DNA of 64,000 nt, from assembly GCA_040290255.1 (NCBI GenBank), contig PSMU01000001.1, forward strand, positions 224,001 to 288,000, read 5' to 3'. The position numbers and the translations under genes were made by a program. The notes under the pieces are model-generated. The model made no database searches and had not been told where the DNA came from. It saw only the letters and a list, made by a program, of their open reading frames with translations. The DNA comes from Nitrososphaerota archaeon. Lineage in GTDB: Archaea > Thermoproteota > Nitrososphaeria > PSMU01. This document shows, in pieces, positions 9,124 through 16,701 of the stretch. How positions within the stretch are numbered: the first letter of the stretch is position 1; every line of letters starts with the position of its first letter.

Positions 9124-9774
9124 ATGGCCGCCTCACAGGCTAAGCGCATGAGGGAGAAGTGGAGGGAGAAGGTCTGGCTGTGGGTCAAGGCCCCTCCGGC
9201 CTTCGGCGAGAAGCCCATCGCCTACATCCCGGTCACGAGCGTGGAGCGCGCCGTGGGCCGCGTGATAGAGACCACGCTCTTCGACATCACGCAGGAGGAC
9301 CCCCAGCACTACCAGCTGAAGCTCTACTTTCAGGTCACGAAGGTGGAGGACCACGTGGCCAGCACCATCTTCAAGGGCTACGAGTACGCGCGCGAGTACC
9401 TCAGGAGCCTGGTCAAGCGAGGATCGTCGCTGGTGGACTTTATCCGCGACTATACCACGAGGGATGGCTACAGGGTACGGCTCTACTTCACGGCCTTCAC
9501 GGAGCGGAGGGTCAACTCCTCTAAGAAGCGCGCCATCAGGAGGGCGGCCCACGGGGTGCTGAGCGAGCGCGTGCCCAACATGAGCTATGATCAGCTCGCC
9601 CAGGAGGTCGTGCTGGGCAAGCTCGCCTCGGACATCCTGAAGGAGGCTAAGAAGTTCGCGGCGCTGAGGCATGTGGGCATAAGGAAGTGTAAGCTGGTGG
9701 AGGCCCCCCAGCCCGCGCCCATGGGCGAGGAGGTGCGCGCGGAGGCGCCGGCGGCTGAGGGCGCAAGCCCTTAA
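9124..9774 (+). CDS. rps3ae: 30S ribosomal protein eS1 (S3Ae)
   Basis: KW..K.W..V.AP..FG, GRVIETTL.D and YLRSLV.RG motifs. Confidence 0.95.
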   Translation: MAASQAKRMREKWREKVWLWVKAPPAFGEKPIAYIPVTSVERAVGRVIETTLFDITQEDPQHYQLKLYFQVTKVEDHVASTIFKGYEYAREYLRSLVKRGSSLVDFIRDYTTRDGYRVRLYFTAFTERRVNSSKKRAIRRAAHGVLSERVPNMSYDQLAQEVVLGKLASDILKEAKKFAALRHVGIRKCKLVEAPQPAPMGEEVRAEAPAAEGASP

Positions 9775-9795
9775 ACGCCCGCCGCCAGGAAGCGC

Positions 9796-11064
9796 GTGTC
9801 CCGCGTGGCGGTCGTGGGGGGAGGGCTCGCGGGCGTCGCCGCGGCCCAGGCCCTGCTGCGGGCAGGGGAGGAGGTGGACCTATATGAAAGGGGCGGCCTA
9901 ATAGGGGTTGACTGGTCGCTCCTGCCATATCTGCTGTACAGCGGCCAGGGCGCGCCCGAGGGCCCCTCGCTACAGGTTCCTGCCGCCCAAGAGCTGCCGC
10001 GCCGCCCCGAGGCCAGGCTGCTGCTGGGGCACAGCGTGATGGAGGTAAGGAGGAGCGGCAACGGGTACCTGCTCCGGCACTCCTCGCGCGGCGCCATGGG
10101 GGAGGCCTTCTACGAGAGGGTCATCATCGCCACGGGCGCCCGGCCCAGGCAGAGGGCCGAACAGAGGAGGCACCTGTACCGCGCCGACGTGCCCGAGCAC
10201 GTGGCGGAGTTCGTGAGGGAGAGGGAGGGCTTCGCGAGGGTGGCCGTGCGCGGCGACTCCCCTCCCTCGCTGGCCGCTGCCCTTGGTTTGCGCGAGAGGG
10301 GACTGGATGTGCTCTACATAGGCGCCAGGCCGCTGCTGCGCGGCCATGCCGATGCGGCGCTGGCCCCCCTGCTGGAGGAGGCCTGCAGGGCCGGCGGGCT
10401 CAGGGTGCTCACGCCGCGCCTCAGCTTTAGGGTACTGGGCAAGGGGCGCGTGGAGGCGGTGCAGGTGGATGCCGAGGTGGTGCCCTGCGACTGCGTGCTG
10501 GAGTTCCCCTCTTACTTGCCCGAGACGCAGCCGCTGGAGGGCCTGGACCTCCGGCTGGGCCCCTTCGGCATAACGGTGAGCGAGGCGATGGAGGCGGGCC
10601 CCGGCCTTTGGGCGGCGGGCAGGTGCATCTGCCTGGAGGATGGCACGCGCAGCCTCTACTCACCCTCCTTCAGCTACATCACGGGACACATAGCGGGCCT
10701 CCGCGCGGCCGGCCTGCGCCTTGCCGCCCCCTCCCTCGAGCCCGTGGAGGCCTGGAGGCTGGGCATGCTGGAGCTGGCCTTCGCGGGCTCCAGGCCCAAG
10801 GGACCCCCCCTCGCCAGAAAATTCCTCACGATCAGGCCCTCCCTGGGCGAGGGGGGCGTCCGGGGCGTGGCCCTGCTGAAGGGGGGCCTGGTGAAGAGGG
10901 TTGAGCTGCTGGGCAGGGGGGCCCTCGCCTGGGCGCGCTGGTGCTCCCCGCTCATCTCCAGGGGGATAAGCTATGAGGAGCTGGCCCTCTGCGAATGGGG
11001 ACACGTGCCCTACGAGAGCAGCCTCCCGTTATTATCCGCTTCCCTCAGCCCTGGCCGCCCTTAG
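9796..11064 (+). CDS. Divergent FAD-dependent pyridine nucleotide-disulfide oxidoreductase-like protein
   Basis: VAVVGGGLAG and IIATGA motifs, and WAAGRC in place of the usual GD motif. The second Rossmann motif is degenerate. Confidence 0.65.
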   Translation: MSRVAVVGGGLAGVAAAQALLRAGEEVDLYERGGLIGVDWSLLPYLLYSGQGAPEGPSLQVPAAQELPRRPEARLLLGHSVMEVRRSGNGYLLRHSSRGAMGEAFYERVIIATGARPRQRAEQRRHLYRADVPEHVAEFVREREGFARVAVRGDSPPSLAAALGLRERGLDVLYIGARPLLRGHADAALAPLLEEACRAGGLRVLTPRLSFRVLGKGRVEAVQVDAEVVPCDCVLEFPSYLPETQPLEGLDLRLGPFGITVSEAMEAGPGLWAAGRCICLEDGTRSLYSPSFSYITGHIAGLRAAGLRLAAPSLEPVEAWRLGMLELAFAGSRPKGPPLARKFLTIRPSLGEGGVRGVALLKGGLVKRVELLGRGALAWARWCSPLISRGISYEELALCEWGHVPYESSLPLLSASLSPGRP

Positions 11065-11590
11065 CTTCGCCCTCGCCCAGCGTGAGCCCGTGCTCGGCCC
11101 TCTCCTCTTCATGCCACTTCCTGAGCTGAAAGTCCTTGCGAAGCGGCGGCAGGTCGTTCCAGTCCTCCGGCAGGAGCAGGCGGCGCAGGTCCGGGTGGCC
11201 CTCGAAGGAGATGCCCAGCATCTCGAACTGCTCCCTCTCATGGTACTCCGCGCCCGGCCAGATCGCCACCAGGCTCGGCGCCCTGGGCTGCGCGCGGTTT
11301 AGCCTCGTGGCCAGCAGCACCACGGCCCTTCTCCACTCATCGCTGGAGACCGTGCCCACGACGTACGTGAGCTCGATCTCGCCGGCCTTTGGGTAGTCGG
11401 TGCCGGTGATCATGTGCAGGTGGTCAAAGCCCAGCTCCTTGAGCAGGGCCGCCGCCTCCTTCAGGTGCTCCTGCTTAACCTCCACCTTGACCCTGTTACG
11501 ATGCGGCGAGCTCACCCTTAGCGCCCGGGCCCCCAGCCTCTCCGCCAGCAGCTGGCCCAGCCGCGCCTCCAGCGCGCCCTGCTGGCTCAT
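11045..11590 (-). CDS. nuoC: Complex I subunit C
   Basis: TGTDYP, ERE.FEMLGI.FEGHPDLRRLLLP and PLRKDF motifs. Confidence 0.93.
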   Translation of the reverse strand: MSQQGALEARLGQLLAERLGARALRVSSPHRNRVKVEVKQEHLKEAAALLKELGFDHLHMITGTDYPKAGEIELTYVVGTVSSDEWRRAVVLLATRLNRAQPRAPSLVAIWPGAEYHEREQFEMLGISFEGHPDLRRLLLPEDWNDLPPLRKDFQLRKWHEEERAEHGLTLGEGEAKGGQG

Positions 11591-12102
11591 CCCTCCCTTT
11601 CGTGCACCATCGAGCCCTGCCGCAGCTCCGGCTGCACGTAGGGGCTTGAGGGGGCCTTAGGGGGCACGGCCAGCTCATAGGGCGTGTAGTAGAGATGGCC
11701 CCTATCGAACTCCGAGAGCTCCTGGTCGGGCGTCATCTCGAGCGCGTAGAAGGGGCAGGCGTCGACGCAGAAGCCGCAGAAGACGCACCGCCCATAATCC
11801 ACGGCCGGGTAGATGCCCTTCTTGTTCTGGGGCCTCCTCTCCTCGGGCAGGGGCACCATCTCTATGGCTTGGGCGATGTTCTCGCAGGCTATGTAGCAGA
11901 GCGAGCAGCCCGTGCACTTATCCAAGTAGAGCAGGTGCCTCCCCCTCCATCCGGGAAGGCCCGCGCCCCTCTTGGGGTCAAAGGCGTAGTTCGTGGCCAG
12001 GTTGGTGAGGAAGGCCTCGGGGTAGCGCACGGTCATCCGGGGGCGCACCAGGTGCCTTATCGCGCTGCCCAGCGCCCTCACATGCTTCGCCAGCGCGCTC
12101 AC
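11587..12102 (-). CDS. nuoI: Complex I subunit I (2x[4Fe-4S])
   Basis: T.RYPE, RGRH, CTGCSLCYIAC and CVFCGFCVDACP motifs. GTG start overlaps the nuoB stop (GTGA). Confidence 0.93.
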   Translation of the reverse strand: MSALAKHVRALGSAIRHLVRPRMTVRYPEAFLTNLATNYAFDPKRGAGLPGWRGRHLLYLDKCTGCSLCYIACENIAQAIEMVPLPEERRPQNKKGIYPAVDYGRCVFCGFCVDACPFYALEMTPDQELSEFDRGHLYYTPYELAVPPKAPSSPYVQPELRQGSMVHEREG

Positions 12103-12683
12103 TCCTCCCTCCCCTCGACGTACTGGCCCAGCGCGTTCGAGCGTCTTATCTTCTCCTGAAGCAGCACGATGCCCTCCAGGATCTGCTGCGCGGTGGGCGG
12201 GCAGCCGGGTATGTACACGTCCACGGGTATGATCCTGTCCACGCCCTGCAGGACGTTGTAGCTGTCCACGTAGAGCCCCCCGCTGATGGCGCAGGCTCCT
12301 ATCGCGATGCACCACTTGGGCTCGGGCATCTGGTCCCAGACGAGCTTAAGGCGGGGCGCCATCTTCCTTGTTACCGTGCCCAGCACGACGAGCAGGTCAC
12401 ACTGGCGCAGCGAGCCGAAGGCCTCGAGCACGCCGAACCTCTCCATATCCCAACGGGCCCCGGAGGCGGCCCCCCACTCCACGGAGCAGCAGGCCGTCTC
12501 CAGGTGCACGGGCCAGAGGCTGTAGAGTCGCCCCCAGTTCAGGAGATAGGCCAGCGGGTCCCTTACATTCTTCTCGAGGGCTTCCTGCAGCGCCTTAAAG
12601 ACGAGCTTCGTCTGGCCCGCCAGGGCCACGAGCCCGGCCCCCGCGGCCGCCGCCGGCCTTATCTCCGCTATCTTCACGGGCAC
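12099..12683 (-). CDS. nuoB: Complex I subunit B
   Basis: ETACCSVE, GT.T.KMA, QMPEPKW, GACA..GG and PGCPP motifs. Confidence 0.95.
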   Translation of the reverse strand: MPVKIAEIRPAAAAGAGLVALAGQTKLVFKALQEALEKNVRDPLAYLLNWGRLYSLWPVHLETACCSVEWGAASGARWDMERFGVLEAFGSLRQCDLLVVLGTVTRKMAPRLKLVWDQMPEPKWCIAIGACAISGGLYVDSYNVLQGVDRIIPVDVYIPGCPPTAQQILEGIVLLQEKIRRSNALGQYVEGREE

Positions 12684-12767
12684 GATGGGCTTCGGCCGGG
12701 TCGCGGTCTAATAAAGCTTTAGAGGCCGTTAACTCATTTAAGGGGGCAGCGGAGGAGCCTGGCGGAG

Positions 12768-13124
12768 ATGGCGGGGCTCGGCACGTTACTGCTCACGGCG
12801 GGCTTTGTGGCCGCGGCGCTGGCGCCGCTGTACATCATCTACCTGCTCTTCGCGCCCCGGCGGCCCAACCCGGTGAAGAACGAGACCTTTGAATGCGGCC
12901 AGCCGCCCTCGGGCAGCGCGCGGGTGCACCTCTTCATGCAGTACTACCCCTTCCTGCTGATGTACCTAGTGCTGGATGTAACCACGCTCTTCCTCTATGC
13001 CTGGTCGCTCAGCGGTGCGCCCTACAGCCCCTCGAGCCTGCTGCTGATCTACGCCTTCTTGGGCGCGCTGCTGCTCCCGATAGCCTATACGCTTAAGCTC
13101 TCATACAAGAGGGAGCTGTGGTAG
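12768..13124 (+). CDS. nuoA: Complex I subunit A
   Basis: FECG, QYY and three TM segments. Confidence 0.9.
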   Translation: MAGLGTLLLTAGFVAAALAPLYIIYLLFAPRRPNPVKNETFECGQPPSGSARVHLFMQYYPFLLMYLVLDVTTLFLYAWSLSGAPYSPSSLLLIYAFLGALLLPIAYTLKLSYKRELW

Positions 13125-14249
13125 ATGGCCGAGCGGGGGCTCCTGCAGCTGCTGAGGGGGCTGCTGCACCTCATCTTCTGGGCATTGATCTTCCTTCCCA
13201 TCTTCGTGCTTCCCGTCTATTATATGCTCGAGCAGCCGCTGCTGAGGCCCTTCATCTCCTCGCTGATGAGCGAGCTCACGAACCCCGCCAGCTTCGCCTT
13301 CCGGCTGATCGTCTACCCCGGCTTCACCTTCGTGGTGCTCTACGCGACCTTCCTGGTGCTGATAGAGAGGAAGCTGGCGGCTAAGGTGCAGCTGCGCGTG
13401 GGGCCGCAGTACGCGGGCAGGTTCGAGGGCATCCTGCAGAGCTTCGCGGACCTGCTGAAGATGTTGGGCAAGGAGATGATCGTGCCCGCGGGCGCGGACA
13501 AGCCGCTCTTCTTGGCGGCGCCCTTCCTGGCCACGGTGCTGGCCGGCTCGCTGATCGCGCTCGTGCCCGTATCGCCCACCTCGGCCATCGCGAACCTCAG
13601 CTATGGGCTGCTGGCCTTCTTCGCGATCCTTTCGCTCTACCCCATCATCGTCCTGCTCGCGGCGTGGTCGAGCAACAACAAGTTCACGCTCGTGGGCGGC
13701 CTCAGGGCCCTGCACCAGCTCATCGCCTATGAGGTGCCCATGCTCGTCGCCGCGCTCACGCCGGCCCTGCTGGCCCGCTCGATAAACCCCCTCGACATAG
13801 CCGGCGCGCAGGTTATGCGAGGTATCCCCTTCCTCATGCTCGCCCCCCTCTCGGCCTTCGTCTTCTTCTGCTGCATGGTGGCCGAGCTTGAAAGGATCCC
13901 CTTCGATATACCCGAGGCGGACAGCGAGATCGTGGCCGGCTGGCTGACGGAGTACTCCAGCGTGAGCTACCTGCTTCTTTACGGCGCCGCGCCCTACATA
14001 AAGATGTATGCCTTCGCGGGCCTCTTCACGGGGCTCTTCCTAGGAGGCTGGGCGGGCCCCTCCTTCCTGCCGCCCGACCTCTGGTTTCAGCTCAAGGCGT
14101 TCGCGGTCATCCTGCTGGTGCAGCTGCTGAGGGCCGTGTACCCCCGCTATAGGATGGATCAGCTGCTCGCCCTGGGCTGGGGGAGGCTCTTTGTGCTGGC
14201 CCTGGTGAACCTGGTGCCCGCGCCCTTTATAGCAGCGTACTTGGCCTAG
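13125..14249 (+). CDS. nuoH: Complex I subunit H
   Basis: ERK..A..Q.R.GP, GGLRA..Q..AYE, PFD.PEA.SE..AG..TEYS and PR.R.DQL motifs. Confidence 0.95.
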   Translation: MAERGLLQLLRGLLHLIFWALIFLPIFVLPVYYMLEQPLLRPFISSLMSELTNPASFAFRLIVYPGFTFVVLYATFLVLIERKLAAKVQLRVGPQYAGRFEGILQSFADLLKMLGKEMIVPAGADKPLFLAAPFLATVLAGSLIALVPVSPTSAIANLSYGLLAFFAILSLYPIIVLLAAWSSNNKFTLVGGLRALHQLIAYEVPMLVAALTPALLARSINPLDIAGAQVMRGIPFLMLAPLSAFVFFCCMVAELERIPFDIPEADSEIVAGWLTEYSSVSYLLLYGAAPYIKMYAFAGLFTGLFLGGWAGPSFLPPDLWFQLKAFAVILLVQLLRAVYPRYRMDQLLALGWGRLFVLALVNLVPAPFIAAYLA

Positions 14250-14257
14250 GGCGCGGC

Positions 14258-14743
14258 ATGGTCGATCTAGCCTTCATCGCGCTCGCCTCGCTCACGGTGG
14301 GGGCCGCGGTGCTCTCGCTCGAGGCGAGGCAGCTGGTCTACGGCGCGGTGAGCCTCGCGCTCTTCTTCCTCTTCGTGGGCGGCCTCTTCGCGCTCCTGGG
14401 CGCGCCCTTTCTGGCCATGTTTCAGATCTTCATAAACGTGGGGGCCGTGGCCGTGCTGATCATCTTCACGGTCATGCTGGTCAGCCCGCAGCGGTGGCAG
14501 GAGCGGCGGCCAAGGGAGGCCCGGCTGGGGCTCGTGGGGCTGCTCATCACGCTCTTCGGGCTCGTGCCCCTGCTCTATCCCCTTGTGCAGGGGGTGGGGC
14601 TCTTGAGCTCGCCGCCCACGCTCGGCGGGGAGCTGGGCTCGCTGCTGCTGGAGCGCTACGGCCTGGCGCTGGTGCTGCTGGCCTTTCTATTGGCCGCGGC
14701 CATAGCGGCCTCCGTCACGCTGGCGAAGGAGGAGAAGGGCTGA
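14258..14743 (+). CDS. nuoJ: Complex I subunit J
   Basis: FLA..Q....GAV.VL..F.VML pattern; position in the operon. Confidence 0.88.
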   Translation: MVDLAFIALASLTVGAAVLSLEARQLVYGAVSLALFFLFVGGLFALLGAPFLAMFQIFINVGAVAVLIIFTVMLVSPQRWQERRPREARLGLVGLLITLFGLVPLLYPLVQGVGLLSSPPTLGGELGSLLLERYGLALVLLAFLLAAAIAASVTLAKEEKG

Positions 14744-15051
14744 TGGCCGCCCTGGGCGATTACCTGCTGCTTTCGCTGCTGCTGCTGGCCGTGGGCATCT
14801 ATGGCCTGGTCTCGAAGAGGGATGCCATAAGGCTTCTCTTCGCGCTGGAGATCATCCTGAACGCCGCCCTGCTCAACGCCGTGCTCTTCACGCGCACGCC
14901 GGCGGCCCTGGCGCCCGCGGGCCAGGTGCTGGCGCTCTTCATCATCTCGATAGGGGCCTGTGAGGTGGCCGTGGGCCTGGCCATAATAATCCTGCTCTAC
15001 AGGCGCACGGGCGACGTGGACGTTTTGGAGCTGAGGAAGGTCAGGGATTAG
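14743..15051 (+). CDS. nuoK: Complex I subunit K
   Basis: GIYG, LEIILNA and ACEVAVGLA motifs. TGATG overlap with nuoJ. Confidence 0.92.
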   Translation: MAALGDYLLLSLLLLAVGIYGLVSKRDAIRLLFALEIILNAALLNAVLFTRTPAALAPAGQVLALFIISIGACEVAVGLAIIILLYRRTGDVDVLELRKVRD

Positions 15052-15062
15052 CGCCCAACTCC

Positions 15063-15071
15063 TTAAATAAA
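15063..15071 (+). promoter_or_regulatory. Putative internal TATA box upstream of the M-L-M-N genes
   Basis: TTAAATAAA in the 140-nt gap between nuoK and the first nuoM. Confidence 0.55.
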
Positions 15072-15191
15072 GGGCCCTAGGGCCCCGTGCAGCCGTGAGG
15101 CTTGAGTCCAGGGCCCCCCTTCACGGGGGCAAGAGCTCCAGGCCTCTGGCCTTGGTCGGCGGCGCAGGGCCCTTGGCAGGGGGGTGATGGC

Positions 15192-16700
15192 TTGCCCATC
15201 CCCTACTCGCTCACCCAGGCGACGTTCCTCCCCCTCGCCGGGGCCGTGCTCGCCTATTTCCTGGGCGGGAGGCTCCTGAGGAGGATCGGCTGGCTGGCCT
15301 TCGCGCTGCTCTCCTACTCGAGCCTGCTGCTGGGCCTGAGCTACCTAGAGCCGGCAGGGGGGTTCCCCTTGCTCGAGCGCTTCGGCTGGACCTCGGTGCC
15401 TGGCCTGAGCTTCGGGCTCCTGGGCGATGGCCTCAGCCTGCCCGTGGCGTTAGTGATGAACGTGGCCGCCGCCGCGGTGGCCGTCTATTCGATGCCCTAC
15501 ATGGCCAGGAGGATGGCGGCGCTTTACGGCGAGGAGAGGGGCTCGTTCTGGGGGCTCTACTACGCCAACTACCTGCTCTTCGCCGCGGGGCTCACGGGCG
15601 TGGCGCTGGCCACGAACCTGATCGAGCTGTACATCTTCGTCGAGCTCATCCTCATCCCCGCATACCTGCTCCTGGGCCTCTTCGGCCAGGTTGACCGGCA
15701 GCGCATTGCGCTCATGTACTTCATCTGGAACCAGCTGGGCGCCTTCATCTTCCTTGCCGGCATCCTCGTGGCCTGGTTTGGAACGAGGAGCTTTGACATC
15801 GCCGCCCTTGGCGCGCTAGGGGGCCCCTTGGCGCTCCTGGTCACGGGGCTCATGCTACTGGGCTGGCTGATCAAGATGGCCACCTTCGGCTTCCACGTAT
15901 GGCTCCCCTTCGCGTATGGCGAATTCCCCAGCTCCGTCGCGGCCATCAGCGCCATCACGGGACTGGGAAGCTACGTGCTCACCAGGCTGCTGGTCCTTAA
16001 CCTCTACTCCTCATTCCAACAGCTGGCCCATCTTATCATCCTGCTGGCCGTCGTGACGCTGCTGTACGGCGGCGCGCTGGCCCTCGCGCAGGAGGACATC
16101 AACCGGCTTTATGCATGGTCCACGGTCAGCCAGACGGCCTACCTGCTGCTGGGCCTGGCCAGCCTGAGCGCGCTGGGCATCGCGGGCAGCATCTTCCTCT
16201 TCCTGGCCCAGGTGCTGGGCAAGGCGGTGCTCTTCTGCGTGGCGGGCATCCTGGTGACGCAAACGGGCCTGAGGCAGATGGGCAGGATGGGCGGCTATGC
16301 CGCGAGGATGCCCCTCACCGCGCTCCTGGCGCTGGGCGCTTCACTCATCATCTCCGCCGTGCCGCCGACGCTGGGCTTTCAGGGCGAATGGTTGCTCTTT
16401 ACGGGGCTTCTGGGCTCGGCCCTGTACGGGCCCCCCTTCTCGCTGGCGCTGGGCTTCGCCGCCCTGCTGGGCACGATGCTCACCGTGGCCTACACGCTCT
16501 GGGCCGTTAAGCGCATCTTCTTCGGCCCGCTGAGCGGGGAGGCCGGGGAGCTGAGCGAGGCGCCCAAGAGCATGACGCTGCCCCTGCTCGCGCTCCTGGC
16601 CCTCGCGCTGCTACTGGGCATCTACCCCGAGCCCCTGCTGGGCCCGCTCTACAGGTACCTGGCTTCAGCGCTGCCCTCGGGCCTGCCGCTGGGAGGATGA
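15192..16700 (+). CDS. nuoM: Complex I antiporter-like subunit M, copy 1 (divergent)
   Basis: DGLS, F.EL.LIP, IKM..F.FH.WLP, MGG.A..MP and PPT.GF.GE motifs. TTG start follows a GGGGTGA SD; the ORF is open from 15102. Confidence 0.85.
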   Translation: MPIPYSLTQATFLPLAGAVLAYFLGGRLLRRIGWLAFALLSYSSLLLGLSYLEPAGGFPLLERFGWTSVPGLSFGLLGDGLSLPVALVMNVAAAAVAVYSMPYMARRMAALYGEERGSFWGLYYANYLLFAAGLTGVALATNLIELYIFVELILIPAYLLLGLFGQVDRQRIALMYFIWNQLGAFIFLAGILVAWFGTRSFDIAALGALGGPLALLVTGLMLLGWLIKMATFGFHVWLPFAYGEFPSSVAAISAITGLGSYVLTRLLVLNLYSSFQQLAHLIILLAVVTLLYGGALALAQEDINRLYAWSTVSQTAYLLLGLASLSALGIAGSIFLFLAQVLGKAVLFCVAGILVTQTGLRQMGRMGGYAARMPLTALLALGASLIISAVPPTLGFQGEWLLFTGLLGSALYGPPFSLALGFAALLGTMLTVAYTLWAVKRIFFGPLSGEAGELSEAPKSMTLPLLALLALALLLGIYPEPLLGPLYRYLASALPSGLPLGG

Positions 16701-16701
16701 T

